A DNA stretch of 63,298 nucleotides, the filler included, from Reticulomyxa filosa (Eukaryota; Protista; Foraminifera), in the NCBI GenBank assembly GCA_000512085.1. It is 19 parts of 19 records of this genome, joined end to end, with 100 filler letters (N's around TTAATTAATTAA, not from the genome) between each part and the next. Parts side by side here need not be neighbours in the genome. Positions count along the whole stretch, not along the records: positions 23,935 to 39,591 come from ASPP01023936.1; positions 39,692 to 41,402 come from ASPP01046651.1; positions 41,503 to 45,185 come from ASPP01008742.1; positions 45,286 to 46,447 come from ASPP01000911.1; positions 46,548 to 47,938 come from ASPP01007395.1; positions 48,039 to 54,114 come from ASPP01023862.1; 13 more parts are not named here. One strand, written 5' to 3'. Below the pieces are notes generated by a model. That model was given only the letters and a program-made list of their open reading frames with translations. It ran no database searches and was not told the DNA's origin. Position 1 is the stretch's first letter. Every line of letters begins with the position of its first letter. Position numbers and translations under genes: made by a program. This document shows positions 36,316-49,267 of this stretch, piece after piece.

Positions 36316-36535
36316 CATTTAATGCAAAAGAGACAATTCAGTTAAGAATTGGTCATAAAAATGATTGTGCTATTTTTTTTTTTTTGGCAGTGTAACAATG
36401 CAATTTGGTTTGAAATTGCAAAGTAAAGATTTTTTAGAATTGTTTATCACAATTTGACCATTGAAAAAATGTAGAAATCCAAATATGAACAATTAGAAAA
36501 TTAATTGTTATTTGAAAAAAAAAAAAAAGAACAAT

Positions 36536-37714
36536 TTATGTAGCAACATATTCAGTAGCCTCATTTTCGTGCTGAGAAAAAACATACTTTTCCATTTTGT
36601 CACGAACAGTGGGCTCACCTTGAGCATCAACATTGCCAGAAGGAAACAAGGGTTTAGTTTCTTCGGCAGATTTGTTGTACTTTGTCTTTGGTTTTATTCG
36701 CGCTTCTTCATATTTAAGTAGCAAAAGCTCTTTTTCATTGTCAATATCAATGCCACAGTCACAAAGTTTGGGAATGCAGCAAAAGGCGCCAGTTTTTTCC
36801 ATGTAGTCAATATACTCTTGGCCAAACTGATGGACGAGCAATCGTTCCTCCTGTCGTATTCGCGAGCTGGCAACCGCGACATTGAATACCAAGCAAAGGA
36901 ACACCAGCCAGCTGCCGGTGCAAAGAAAAAATCCCACACTAAATAATGTCAATACAGTATACGTTGGATGTCTGGCGAATCGATAAGGTCCATTCTTTAC
37001 CAATTGGTGGTTTTCTACTCGACATATAAGCATTGTCCACATTTTACCTTTTCTCCCCCCCCCCCGTCACCATTACCATTATCATGTTATGTCATTGAAA
37101 CATTATCGTAGATTCAATTACAAAGACAATATATACGTATGTATTTGTACATAATAATATATAACATAAGTCATTTTTGTAATGTCGCTCTGGAAGCTAA
37201 TATATAAACCTTGAACATACCTAATGTCGACAAAACCCAACACATTAGAATATCTGCAATAAACAGCATTATCAAACCGATAAGTCGTATCACGTTGGGA
37301 ATGCCTATTGTTAGTTGGTCCGGAAAGAACAATGCCAATATTATTGATACGCCAATTGCCACAAACGAAATTCGTAACATTATTGGTCGGTTGTCGATCT
37401 GTGCTTCATTTTTGTCAAACGATTTTGAGTGTATGTTTTATCACTACTTTTTTTTCAAAAGTTAAACGTATCACACACTCAATACCATTCGTCTTTTTTC
37501 TTCAACCAAAAAAAAAACAAAAACAAAAAACATGGGATATCAAAAACGGGATACAAAAACGGGATATCAAAACTTGTTCTATGACAATTTGCCTCTCTGA
37601 ACCGCACGAACGTTTATACAAGAAATACACAAGGATGAGTATCATTAACCAAGCCAGAGCTTCTCCTGAAATCTCAACAATCTCAACAAAGCTTGGACCA
37701 CTCATGATCGATAA
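36536..37714 (-). CDS. Isoprenylcysteine carboxyl methyltransferase (ICMT/PEMT-like) membrane protein, multi-exon
   Basis: HQLVKNGPYRFARHPTY and RIRQEERLLVHQFGQEYIDY; upstream exons are hydrophobic. Confidence 0.88.
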
Positions 37715-40700
37715 TGTCACTTTGGTTTCAGCGCGCTTAGAGAGCTTCTCAAAATAAAAAAAATTTTAATTTGATACGTAAAATATTGCAAAAGACAAAG
37801 AAGGTTTTGAACACAATTTACTTTTAAAAATCTAAAGTTTTCAGTTTTTCTGTGTTTCTTTCTCTTGCACTTTTTTTTAAAAATGTTGGTTCTGTTTCTT
37901 CCGTTATTTGTAACGTTTATTCTTTAAATTTATTTTTAGAACGAAATATATCGACAGTTAAAGCGAATCGTTGTTTTTTTAGTGTCTTGTTCATGCATGT
38001 GCAAGCCTTTGACTCTCGCTCTCTCTTTTTTTTACATGCAGAAAATCATTTGCAATACGTAAAAAAAAAAAGAACTTTGGAAAGCGTTGGTAACAAAGAA
38101 AGTGGGAAAGAAACAAACTCTAAAGGAGTCTCAAATAAATGATTGTTTAAAAGTATATCGATATACAATGAATGAAAAGCATAAGGTATAGGAGCGTCGA
38201 ATAGTGTATATGACAGCGACGAGAAATTGATGGAATCGTACAAAACACTAATTGTAAACGAGATGAAACAACATTACGAAACTGGTTGGAATATTGCTCA
38301 AACTTCTTTGGCTGCAAACGAACGCACACGACTGGTAACAATTCAAATATTTTTTTGTTTTACTTGGTATACGTATTTTGCGTGATGTGTCCATGACTTA
38401 TTTTTAAGGGACTTGGCACTTTCGATGCACACTTTTATGATGATAGTGGTCAAGAGACTATGCTTGCAACTTTGCTAATTATGCTTACTTGATTGGCATG
38501 AATGCACATGAAAGTGTGTATTGGCATACCAGCACGAGTCCTGGCCCCTCTTCCTTTGTACATTTTAGAAGAGTGTATAAGACTTTGCACACGTAAGCAG
38601 GCAAATGAAGATCAATTTTCTTTGTACAGAACGGGTATGAATTAGTATGGTGGAAAGGAGGAAAAAAAATTAGGAAAGAAGACACGTTTATTAAAAAAAA
38701 AGAATTGCTGATGTTTTCCAATGCACGACCGAAACAAAAAATGTAATGGGCTGAAACCTAATGGCTGTTCTGACATGCAAAAGCCATATGTATTTTAGCT
38801 GTGGAAGTTTTTTTATTTTGATTCGTTCTTTGGCTCTTTGTTTTAATATAGAAACTGTGCAATTTAATTTTTTCTCATTTGTGCTGTTAAAAAAACGTCT
38901 GGTTTTTGTTTTCAATAATACTGACCTTCTATTAAAAAAAGCGTTTCATTTTTAAACGCCTTAAAAGCTGGTTTTCAATCATTCCAATTGTTTAGCTACA
39001 CTCACCAAGCTAAAAAAAAACTGTTGATCAAAAACTTTGACTATTTTTGTTTTATTCTTATTGATTGTAATTTTTATGTTTCTTTTTGTATAAATTTGTT
39101 AAAAATCTTTAACTATTCGACTCCTGCATGTTGGTATATGCTTGTAAAGTTATTACCTTTATTTTTTCTATAAAAAAAGAACATTTTACTGATTGATTAG
39201 CCGAGAGAACATTTGTGAATGATTAGCTTGTTATTTCATTAAAAATTTTTCATAATCTTGACAACACACATTGATTTAGTTCCACAAAAAATTAACACAA
39301 TTAATTGTGAAAAAAATAGTTTCAAATGTTGACACATATCATCCTTTTATTGATTTTTTTCACTGCTTTTATACTTACATAAAAATCTTTTCCATTTGGA
39401 TAAGTAATGGTTTGGAAGCCGTTGTTATTTGATTCCCTATAAGACATTGATGATAATTACCAGACTTAATTTCTTTGACAACAGTCATCGGTATTTTTCA
39501 ATAACAGTTTTTTGCACATTTCATTCACACGAATAATTTTTTATTTCAATTACAGTAGGTTGCAAAGAAAACTGAACGCCTAAAACGACATNNNNNNNNN
39601 NNNNNNNNNNNNNNNNNNNNNNNNNNNNNNNNNNNTTAATTAATTAANNNNNNNNNNNNNNNNNNNNNNNNNNNNNNNNNNNNNNNNNNNNAATTTGCAA
39701 TTTTTTGAAATATTTTGTCATTTTTGACAAAAAAATTTAAAAAAAAATTTTAAAATTTTTGTATTGATTTCTATAATTATGATTCCAAAAACGGATTAAT
39801 TACAGATAATTGAAAATTAAAATTGTTTTTTGAATGAATCATTACTTTTTTTAAGTAATGGTTTTTCTGTTGAAGAAAGTTTTCTTTTTAGAAAAAGTTC
39901 TCTTGTGCATTACGAATGTGGTTTTAGCTCTCTTCAAACAGCCTAACAATCCAAAGTATACAACATGAAGAGTTCCTTCACCAATGTATTCCTCTGCAAA
40001 GTGCAATAGTTGCAGAAAAAGAAAGAAAATAATCAGTGTAAACCCAACACACAAAACAACAACACCATTCGAAAAACAGGTGCTATCATCATGGCCCAAA
40101 CAAATACGCTTGCCTATTGTGATCTCTCCTGACATTGGCAACATTCAGGTTGACGTTGTACATCTGTCTTTAAGTCAAGAGAGTACATCATTTTTTTTTT
40201 GTTATTTCATTCAATCTATTTAGCAAGATCATGTTTTTATGTATTTTTTTTTATCACTTTATTGTGACCAAACTCACTTCAAATCTAATACTTCAATTGA
40301 CTATCCAGAACACTCTCGTTATCTTATAAAAAGGGATTCTGAAAAACAACGAATAAAAAAGTTAGAAATGATTCAATTTAAGAAGTTGAAAAGTTCTTCT
40401 TTTTCGGAATTGTCATCAATGGGAAAAATGTTCAATACCAAATACGAGAAAACAGAGGAAAAGCCACAGGTAAATGTGCATACAATCAACACGATGATAT
40501 TTGGCATGTACATTTTCAACAGTACTAAAAAAAAAGCGACGTGTTACCATTTTAACAAAATTATACTTTCTGAACATTCCAGGGGTGGGGATCAGATTGG
40601 CAAATATAAATTATTTTTTGCGTAGATGATGAAAAAGTAGTCGCTAAGGGGTGAGAAACAACGTATACAATAGCCTGTCAAAAACACACATTTTTTTTTT

Positions 40701-41254
40701 TTGAAGCTGTGATCTCTTGTCAAAAAGATGCAATTAAAAAAAAAAAGGACTCTCCAACAGTGGAAAGAAATAAACTTGACAAAGTTTGCAATTATTTTTA
40801 AAATCAAGACCCTCCAAAGCAGACATAACGAAAAAAGTGATCCTCGAAAAGAAAAATGCTACAGCTACATCGACAGTCGAGTACGCGTCAAGACCGTAGC
40901 ATACTCCAAGATAGAGGATATTTTGAAACTAATAGAAGAGTTGATGAAATAACGATGACAGATTTTGAAAATTGTGCGCAGCATGGGCGAACACAAGGAA
41001 GACGAACATTGTGACAAAAAGACACCATGAACAGGCCCTTTTACATATCTGTTGAAATGAATTTGTAAACAAAGTTGCATTGTACTAAATCGCAAAAGGT
41101 GATTCCATCACTCCACAATCGTCGAACTTCGCTGATTTTGACGACGACAGCACACCTGTAGACAGCAATGACGTGAATGAACCGTCGATGATCTGGCAAG
41201 TGCAATATCGTAAAAAGAACTTACTATAATGACCCATACTATTCAACAACTCGT

Positions 41255-41360
41255 GACTATGTCGTTGGTGATCGAGTTGAAATTGACTAATAATAAAAAA
41301 GATACTTTGAATGTAAGCCGCGAATGATATTGACTCAATCAGTGAAAATGCGCACGCACA
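41255..41360 (+). pseudogene. Possible CAP-Gly repeat relic within a decayed gene (39692-41402)
   Basis: YVVGDRV, then a shift, then KLTNNKK ... DIDSISENAH; heavily degenerate. Confidence 0.3.
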
Positions 41361-41599
41361 TGTGGGCGCAGCTTTATCGTGTTGAAGGAGTTGAGATCAT
41401 TTNNNNNNNNNNNNNNNNNNNNNNNNNNNNNNNNNNNNNNNNNNNNTTAATTAATTAANNNNNNNNNNNNNNNNNNNNNNNNNNNNNNNNNNNNNNNNNN
41501 NNAAAAAAAAAAAAAAAAAAAATAGACAAAATAGTTTTGTGCGAATGAAACAGAGATTTGTGTGTATGTTGATAGCAAAGGACTCTCAATGAGTTTGAA

Positions 41600-42416
41600 A
41601 TGTCGACATTGGAAACGGTAGAGCAGAATCGACAACAGCGACAATCGTCTTCCATTTACAAAAAAGCAACACCTAATCAAGAGATGAATGAACAAGCTCG
41701 TCCATCATTGCAAACTCAAACTCAAACTCGATCGAATCAGTCACATCGTTCTCAAAGTCCTTCTCATCAGCCACAATATTTCAAGCGCAATTCCATTCAG
41801 GGTCCTAAACACATTTCACGTAATGCAGTTAAAAATTAGTCCACCACATAATTGGTTATTATTATTTATGTATTTATTTATTTATTTATTTTTCTCTTGT
41901 CAATCGTAATTCGTGTTTACAATATTCATCCATGACTTGCGTTTGACCATAACAAGTTGCAATTGGATGTGCGTGCATCTTCTAAAGACTTCTGCAGTCG
42001 GTGGCGCGTCCAAAACGAAGTCGAAACAAAGCAACAGCACAGGACAGCGGTCGAGTGCAACTAGCTCAAATGTCTCACCCACTTCGGCAGCGTTGTCTAT
42101 GGACTCGAGTCGAACAAAGCCTGGTCATCAATCCTCTCAACATCAAAGGCCATTGGACTCAAGTGGCTCAAACTCAAACAAGATAACCCAAGAATCATCA
42201 CAACGTGCGATCAGGGCGGAGAATGGCAAAGGCAAGTCTGACAACGCTGGCAGCAATCACACATCCAAACATGTAGCAACCAATTCCCAAAGCCAAGACG
42301 TTGCGATTCAGAATGCCATTTCAATGCATCAGGCCAATGCAAATCACCAAATATTTAATGGTTTTATTTTGTTTGTTGTCTCTTCAAATTATGAAAACAA
42401 TCCAACCAAATTGCAA

Positions 42417-42448
<32 letters not shown>

Positions 42449-43988
42449 CGTATACATATATACATATATATAGAAAATAGAATGGAAATGATAAACAATA
42501 CGCACCACAAACCCTCTCTGTCATCGGGTAGTGATGGTGCATTCCATTCGAGCATTGGCAATATGAGCGAGAGGGAACGACGCAATAGCGACAGCATACC
42601 CCCACATTTACGACAACGTAGTCGACAAGAAATTCGAAGTGACCAAATGAAGCAGTTGCCTCAACTCCAGTTAAAGGACACACCCACTAACAACGCGGAT
42701 GAAGATGACGACGAGGACACAGCAGAAGAAAAAGACGAAGAAAAAGACGAAGAAGAAGAAGAAGAAGAAGAAGAAGAAGAAGACAGAGAAGAAGATATCT
42801 ACGCTTTGGATATGAGTCAAACCGAAGCACTAAAGAATCAGTTGAATGCATTGCGAAATGAAATCGCCAGTATGGAGCAAAAGATTTTCAAGAATGGAGA
42901 TATGAACACTCTTTTATGCGATCCTTCGGATAGCCTTAGCAATGCCAAACATCAAAAGGCGTTTCCGCCGTCTTCTAGGAAACACAAGGCGCCATCCGCC
43001 ACTTCTTCTTCTTGTGTGTACACATATACATATATATATATATATATATACATATATATGTATATAACAAATATACATGCAAAGTCAATACAAATGAAAC
43101 AAAAAAAAAAATAGCGTTTGGAAATCCATTTCGAAGACCGGCCAGTCCTCCAGCAGGGACAAGAAGCAACGAAAGGGACGGCAACGCAGCTTCGCATTCG
43201 CCTTCCAATTTGAACAACCTGATGAAAGCCCATCAGTACATGAAAACGCACAATTTGAAATCGTTGATTAAAGAGGAGACAGCCAGTTATGACAAGCAAC
43301 AGTTTGCGAATGGCGTCAACACATTTCCCAATCTTTCCAACACGCCCAACGATATAGACACAACAGACAACGAAGACTTGGTCATGTCTCCGAAATCGAT
43401 TGTCTCACAGCCCGTCACACCAAATTGTTGTCCCCCTTTTCCTCTTCCTCTTCCTCTTCCGCTTTCATCTGACCTTGTTCAAACAGAAGTGGATAGTGGA
43501 CACGACAAGTACTTGAAGACTCCTCAATTGACAGGTCACTTGATCCCCACTCAAGTCACACACAAAAGTAGTGCGATGGCGAGTTTGTCTCCATTGGCTG
43601 TAGCAGCTCAAACACCAACGTTTGAATTGGACGCTCCTTTGTCGCCATCGTCGATCACATACAGTGCTGCTCCTTCTCCTCCGGCCTTTGACAACGTATT
43701 CTCTTCATCCAATCCTTCGAGTACTCTCCAATCCTCCGCCCTTGCGCCAATCCAAGAAAGCGATGTTAATGCAACTGCAGACAGCTCTGCAAAGCGAAAG
43801 AGTTTGAATGACGGCAACGCAGATTCAACACCCGTCCCGGACATTGTGAAGAAATTAGTGAAAGCAAAGATAGAACAACAAAAGCAATTGATGGTTGAAA
43901 CTTTGCCATTGCCATCTCAAACGACAAATTCGATTATTCCAATCGAACAGCCTGCATCACATTCGAATGACAATCACAATGAAAGTGC

Positions 43989-44028
<40 letters not shown>

Positions 44029-45135
44029 GAAGAGAGAGAAGAAAGAAACAAAAATGACGATGAATATACTCAAAATGGCAAAAGTGATGGCGTTGCCAAT
44101 AGCAATGTGATCCAAATAAGTCCGAATGATAATTCTACAGCAAATCAAATTGTTGCTGCACAAGTTATTCTTTTTGATTACATTTATCCAAAAAAAAAAA
44201 AAAAAAAAAATAAATAAATAAAATAGCCAACAGCGAGAACAATGTCGGAAGAGATAGCATCAGCAAAGCTTGCAATGCTAAAGCAAATGAAGAAGCGACG
44301 AACCGCGAAAAAGCATTTGACAGGGTCGAATTCGACGGGCCGACTGACGTTGAAAGCGAGTCACTCATACCACGCACAAACGCAAGTGCAGCCAACGACG
44401 GCCAAGATGTTGGAGGAGGCAAGGAAGTTAAAGCGTCGAAAGTCGATCGAGCATTTGAACAGTCTGAGCGTGATTCGACAAAAAAAAGACGCGTTTGAGA
44501 AGCGAGCCAAAATGGCATATCAAACCCGCTCAATTCCAGAGGAGCATTCAACACATGTTCACGTACACGAAAAGCCAAGTGTAGACAAGCCACACCACAG
44601 TGGATCGTCGACCAATTCCATCTCTTCTTTGGTCTCTTCTGTCATCACATTGCGCACTGATTACAGTCGCAGTATTAGTAATGGTAGTGCACGCTTCTCC
44701 ACCGGCGATTCGCCGCAACAGCAGCAAAACTCGCCGTCTAAAGACGTCCCTCGTCCCAGACGCAGCAGCGTCAGACAACTGCAGGAGACCCAAACGGCGA
44801 GCAAACGCATCAAAAACTTGAAGCGATTCGAGCAGATGCAACAAAAGGCATTCGAGCAATACAATGTCGGAAACGCAGACTCGTCTGCGAATGACACTCC
44901 CAGTCGTCGCTCACGTCACACCACCATTGCCAACACCGATGAGTTCAAGAGAAAGCAGTCTGTGCCTATTCTCCCGGTTCAAGTCGATATCTGTCGCGCG
45001 TTGGCAGACTATCAGCTCGATAACGCCGGCACAACCACTGGCAGTATCACTAGCATCAGTAACAGCAGTGGGAATACCGGATACGAAAGTATGAGTGATA
45101 ACGCGACCACCACCAGTGACGACGGACAGTTTTGA
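41600..45135 (+). CDS. Large low-complexity (Ser/Gln/acidic, coiled-coil) protein of unknown function, multi-exon
   Basis: Long same-strand ORFs (41913-42473, 42482-43114, 43012-44217, 44242-45135) separated by GT-AG introns with (TA)n or A-runs; poly-E and poly-D tracts. Confidence 0.7.
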
Positions 45136-45285
45136 CACTTTTTAAAAAAAGCTTTTTTTAAAAAACTCCAAATTTTTTTTTTTTTNNNNNNNNNNNNNNN
45201 NNNNNNNNNNNNNNNNNNNNNNNNNNNNNTTAATTAATTAANNNNNNNNNNNNNNNNNNNNNNNNNNNNNNNNNNNNNNNNNNNN

Positions 45286-45900
45286 TTGGACATCTCTGCA
45301 GCATATGATAGTGTTTGGAGAAATGGATTGAGATATAAAATGAGAAATGAATTTAAATTAGATGGAAGATGTATTGGCGGATTGATAGCTTCTTATCAGA
45401 TCGACTTGAATGGAACCAATTCAGAATGGATGGAATTCAATACTGGTGTTCCTCAAGGATCTGCTTTATCCCCAATATTATTCATATTATATATTAATGA
45501 TCTACCGACAGTAATCCACAGCCTATTCAATATGGCATGTTCGCTGATGACGTGACGTTTGAATATTTACAAAAGATGTTAACGAGATGGACAATGAATT
45601 ACAATTATTACAGCAAAGTCTGGATGAAGTATCCATTTGGTCGAATAATGGAAGCTGATAAGACGCAGTGTATCACATTCAGACATCAGAATAAAATGAA
45701 TTCCCAAAGGTGAAATTGACATTACAGCAATCAAATCTGAAGGAATGCGATTACGTGAAGTATCTTGGATTGTTCCTCAATTCTCATATGACGTATTCAA
45801 TTACGTAAATGGCAAGGCAGCAAGGAGACTTGGATATCTGACATACTTATGCTCATACAAAGGAATCAGACCAAGTTTATCTACGTACAATCTATTAAAC
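45286..45900 (+). mobile_element. Decayed LINE reverse transcriptase fragment
   Basis: DISAAYDSV, GVPQGSALSPILF..YIND, FADD (after a shift) and VKYLG. Confidence 0.92.
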
Positions 45901-46200
45901 GGTTTCTTTTGACCCAACACGATTCATAACCAAATACATTAAATGTATCAGGCATGCTATTGAATGATGAATGCAAATCTCTTCGACATAACACTCCAGA
46001 TCTTCCTGTCTCACTCTAGTGATGAACATAAAGATACTGGAAATTATAATCAATGTCCTTCTTGCAATAAACAGATAAGGGCTGCTTCTGATTCAAATTT
46101 TGTTCTAATATTTGGGCCTTGGAATAAAATCCGTTGATGTTGTTCTGGAACACCAACATATCTATTCACTTCAGGATTAGTCACTGCTTCTTCACGCTTT
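45901..46200 (-). mobile_element. Decayed LINE APE endonuclease N-terminal fragment
   Basis: Minus strand reads LVFQNNINGFYSK..QPLICLLQE ... SETGRSGVLCRRDL ... GYESCWV. Confidence 0.75.
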
Positions 46201-46558
46201 TTCTTTGTTCAGCAGCGAAGAACCGACGACAATAGCCCCCCGAAAATGAATTGCAACAAAAACGTTGCCCAAATGGTGAAAAAGGTTAAAAACAACACAA
46301 TGCTAACAATATCACAAAAATCAAACTACTATAAAAAAATTTTTAATCACTATAAAATTAATTTACTAGTAAAAAAAAAATTTTGGACTTTGACTTGATG
46401 ATTCTTGTTGTGTTGAAACGACTTGGCTTTTTCGACGATTTTGATATNNNNNNNNNNNNNNNNNNNNNNNNNNNNNNNNNNNNNNNNNNNNTTAATTAAT
46501 TAANNNNNNNNNNNNNNNNNNNNNNNNNNNNNNNNNNNNNNNNNNNNTTTTCCCCCCC

Positions 46559-46592
<34 letters not shown>

Positions 46593-46648
46593 TAGATATA
46601 CGTACCAACAAGTTTTTTTTTTTTTGGAATGTTGAAAATTAACACAGC

Positions 46649-47170
46649 CAAGTGTTAAAAGATATTCGATTGCTTGTGAAAACGGCGAGTCGCGATCACA
46701 ACGGGGATGTAAATAAAACAGGGAATTTTCAGTCGCGTTTGGTGCAAACGGTGATTGAGTGGATGAAATTAGCTTGGCAAGAGGACTTCCACGGGGACAA
46801 GGAAGTGTTGGCGCAATTGGACTTATTGAAGGAAGATATCCTGGAGCACATTGAAAACGAGAGCATGCGAAAGATACTGATGAACAAGTTGGTAACAACG
46901 TGCGAAAAAGAAGAGGAAAAAATGTTCCGCAAGCTACGGCTCATGGAGCGTACGAGAACCAGCACCCGTACGTACCAAAAACTGTTGAAAGAACAAAAGA
47001 TGAAACGAAAGCAGTCGGAAATTAATCGTATTCAGCCCAAGCTGCCAGCTCCATCAGGACGTGTACAGCAACAATCTCAATTTGTAACAACCCTTGCAAA
47101 TAATCAGACGCCGTTTGTAAATGGAGGTTATGCTTGTAATCTATTATATATACGTATATATGGTGTATAC

Positions 47171-47205
<35 letters not shown>

Positions 47206-47938
47206 TAATTGAAAATTAAACAAAAACATAAAAATGCAGGGATAAAGAATAGCTCGACAGACGAAGTTAGTGATGGTTGCTATTTGAGTGATATGGAACA
47301 ATCGAGAGAGAATGTGGTGCCGATACTTGGCGAGACACCGCAAACAGCAATTGGAGGCTCCTCCTCGCTGCCAACAGGGTGGCGGTGGCGACGGCGACGG
47401 GTCTGGAGGGACAGACGCCGGCGAAGAAGATAGGAGAAGGACAGCCGCCGTCTTTGGCGAGCGTTGCGAACCATTTGTCGATAGAGACGTTGACGGTGCA
47501 TGACAGCAAACACAAGATGGACAGCAACAACAATAATAATAACAACAATAACAACAACAACACCATTCGAGGGAGCGTGACCTCCCAAACGGACACGAAC
47601 GTATCCGGCGTGACTACTAATCTCAATTTGGTGCTTAGCACCAGTATAAGCGGCGGCAGCAACAACCAAGGCATCCCGTCCCCTGTCAGCGATGGGAGTG
47701 GGCGTAGCAATTCGATAGAAAACGACATTGTCTCGCCGACGCAGATGTACGAGGACATTGCAATCGTCGGAAGGAAGACGACGACAGCGACAGCGACGAC
47801 AACGACAATAGCAACGACGATGACGAATAGTGGTCGAGAAAAGGAATATTCGACCTCGCACAGTGACACAGGTGGTGACGCCAATGCAATCAATCCAATC
47901 AATCCAATGAATTCGATCAATTCAAGTAATTCAAGTAA
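46649..47938 (+). CDS. Internal gene fragment: RasGEF N-terminal (REM)-like segment followed by low-complexity region
   Basis: RLVQTVIEWMKLAWQEDFHGDKEVLAQL fits the REM V..W.....DF pattern; coiled coil and N/T-rich tracts follow. Confidence 0.45.
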
Positions 47939-48038
47939 NNNNNNNNNNNNNNNNNNNNNNNNNNNNNNNNNNNNNNNNNNNNTTAATTAATTAANNNNNN
48001 NNNNNNNNNNNNNNNNNNNNNNNNNNNNNNNNNNNNNN

Positions 48039-48277
48039 TTTTCTTCATTGATTTGTTGGCTGCAGTTGAACCCAAAATTGTTGACTGGGGCTTGGTCACC
48101 GAAGGAATGACGGATGAGGACAAAATGCTCAACGCTCGCTACGCTATTAGCATTGCCAGAAAATTGGGAGCAATCATATTCTTGCTGCCTGAAGATATTG
48201 TTGAGGTTAGACCCAAGATGTGTCTGACCTTTGTTGCTGGTGTCATGGCAGAGGCATTGCGATCAAAGAAAGATTAA
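48039..48277 (+). CDS. Fimbrin/plastin, C-terminal CH4 domain (5'-truncated)
   Basis: NARYAISIARKLGAIIFLLPEDIVEVRPKMCLTFVA is the fimbrin C-terminal signature. Confidence 0.95.
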
Positions 48278-49267
48278 CTGATTCAAAACACAGTGACATA
48301 GAAAAGGAATTTTTTTCCCCTTTTGGTATAAAGATTTGAGTGTACTTTGGAAATTCCAATTTTCTTTAACCATTTGGAGATGTTGAATTCATTGTGGCCT
48401 TGTTGTTTCAACAGCATGGTCTTGTGCAGTGATCAGTGAACATATTATTTCTTTTTTACTTACAATTTTTTCAATAGTGATATCAATTACTACAACAAAA
48501 AGTTCATCTTTTTTTATCGTTCATACTAAGATATTCTAAGATAGCACTCCTAAACTTTCTGGTCATGTATTTAGTCGTAAATTGCTGTTTTTTCGCATGT
48601 TATTAATACTACATATTGGTATGTGAGAGGAGTCAGAAAAACATCATTAGAAGGTGGAACAAAAGCTGAACCAAGATGCACGGTGAAATGGAGAGAAAAA
48701 AAGGAATACCGTTCGAGTATGGGGCAAATGAAAAAAAATTTTCAAGCGAAACAAAAATTAAGAAATAGATATGCTTAGAATCATTCTATCAAGTCTAGTA
48801 TTGCAAGAAGTAATGTGTTGAGTAGAAAGCAACAGACAAATACTTATGACAATGGAGAAAGCAAAGAAATTAAAAGATTAATTTTAAAAAAACAACAAAT
48901 AGAAAGTCTATTTTGCTGAGATGTCCTTTGTTTTGTTTTAAACATCTTTTTTTTTTTCAAAGTGACTCGTACAAAGTGTTCGCAATGCACAATTCTATTG
49001 CTCGACTATACAAAAAAAATCATTTCAGAATACAATTTTCATTTAATTTTTTTATTTAGAATTTGTTTGAAAGAGCAAACAGCATCGTATTACACTTTGT
49101 TGTTAAAGACTCTTGTTTTTTCATCATTGGGAAATCATTCGCTTTAATTCAATTTTTAGAACAAATTTAAATTTGAACAAATAAGAAAAACTCAAATTAT
49201 TAAACAATTGCAATTGTTAGAATAAAATATATTTCCCCAAGGTCATTTCTCAAATCGATTCGACATA

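Noticed and set aside
32642-37714. Prokaryotic Argonaute defence operon (pAgo plus effector)
   Set aside because: The gene has spliceosomal introns, an RG tail and PIWI-clade PAZ/L1 motifs, and its neighbours are ordinary eukaryotic genes.
38150-38560. Coding-like plus-strand segments
   Set aside because: Short, interrupted and with no family signature I can support.
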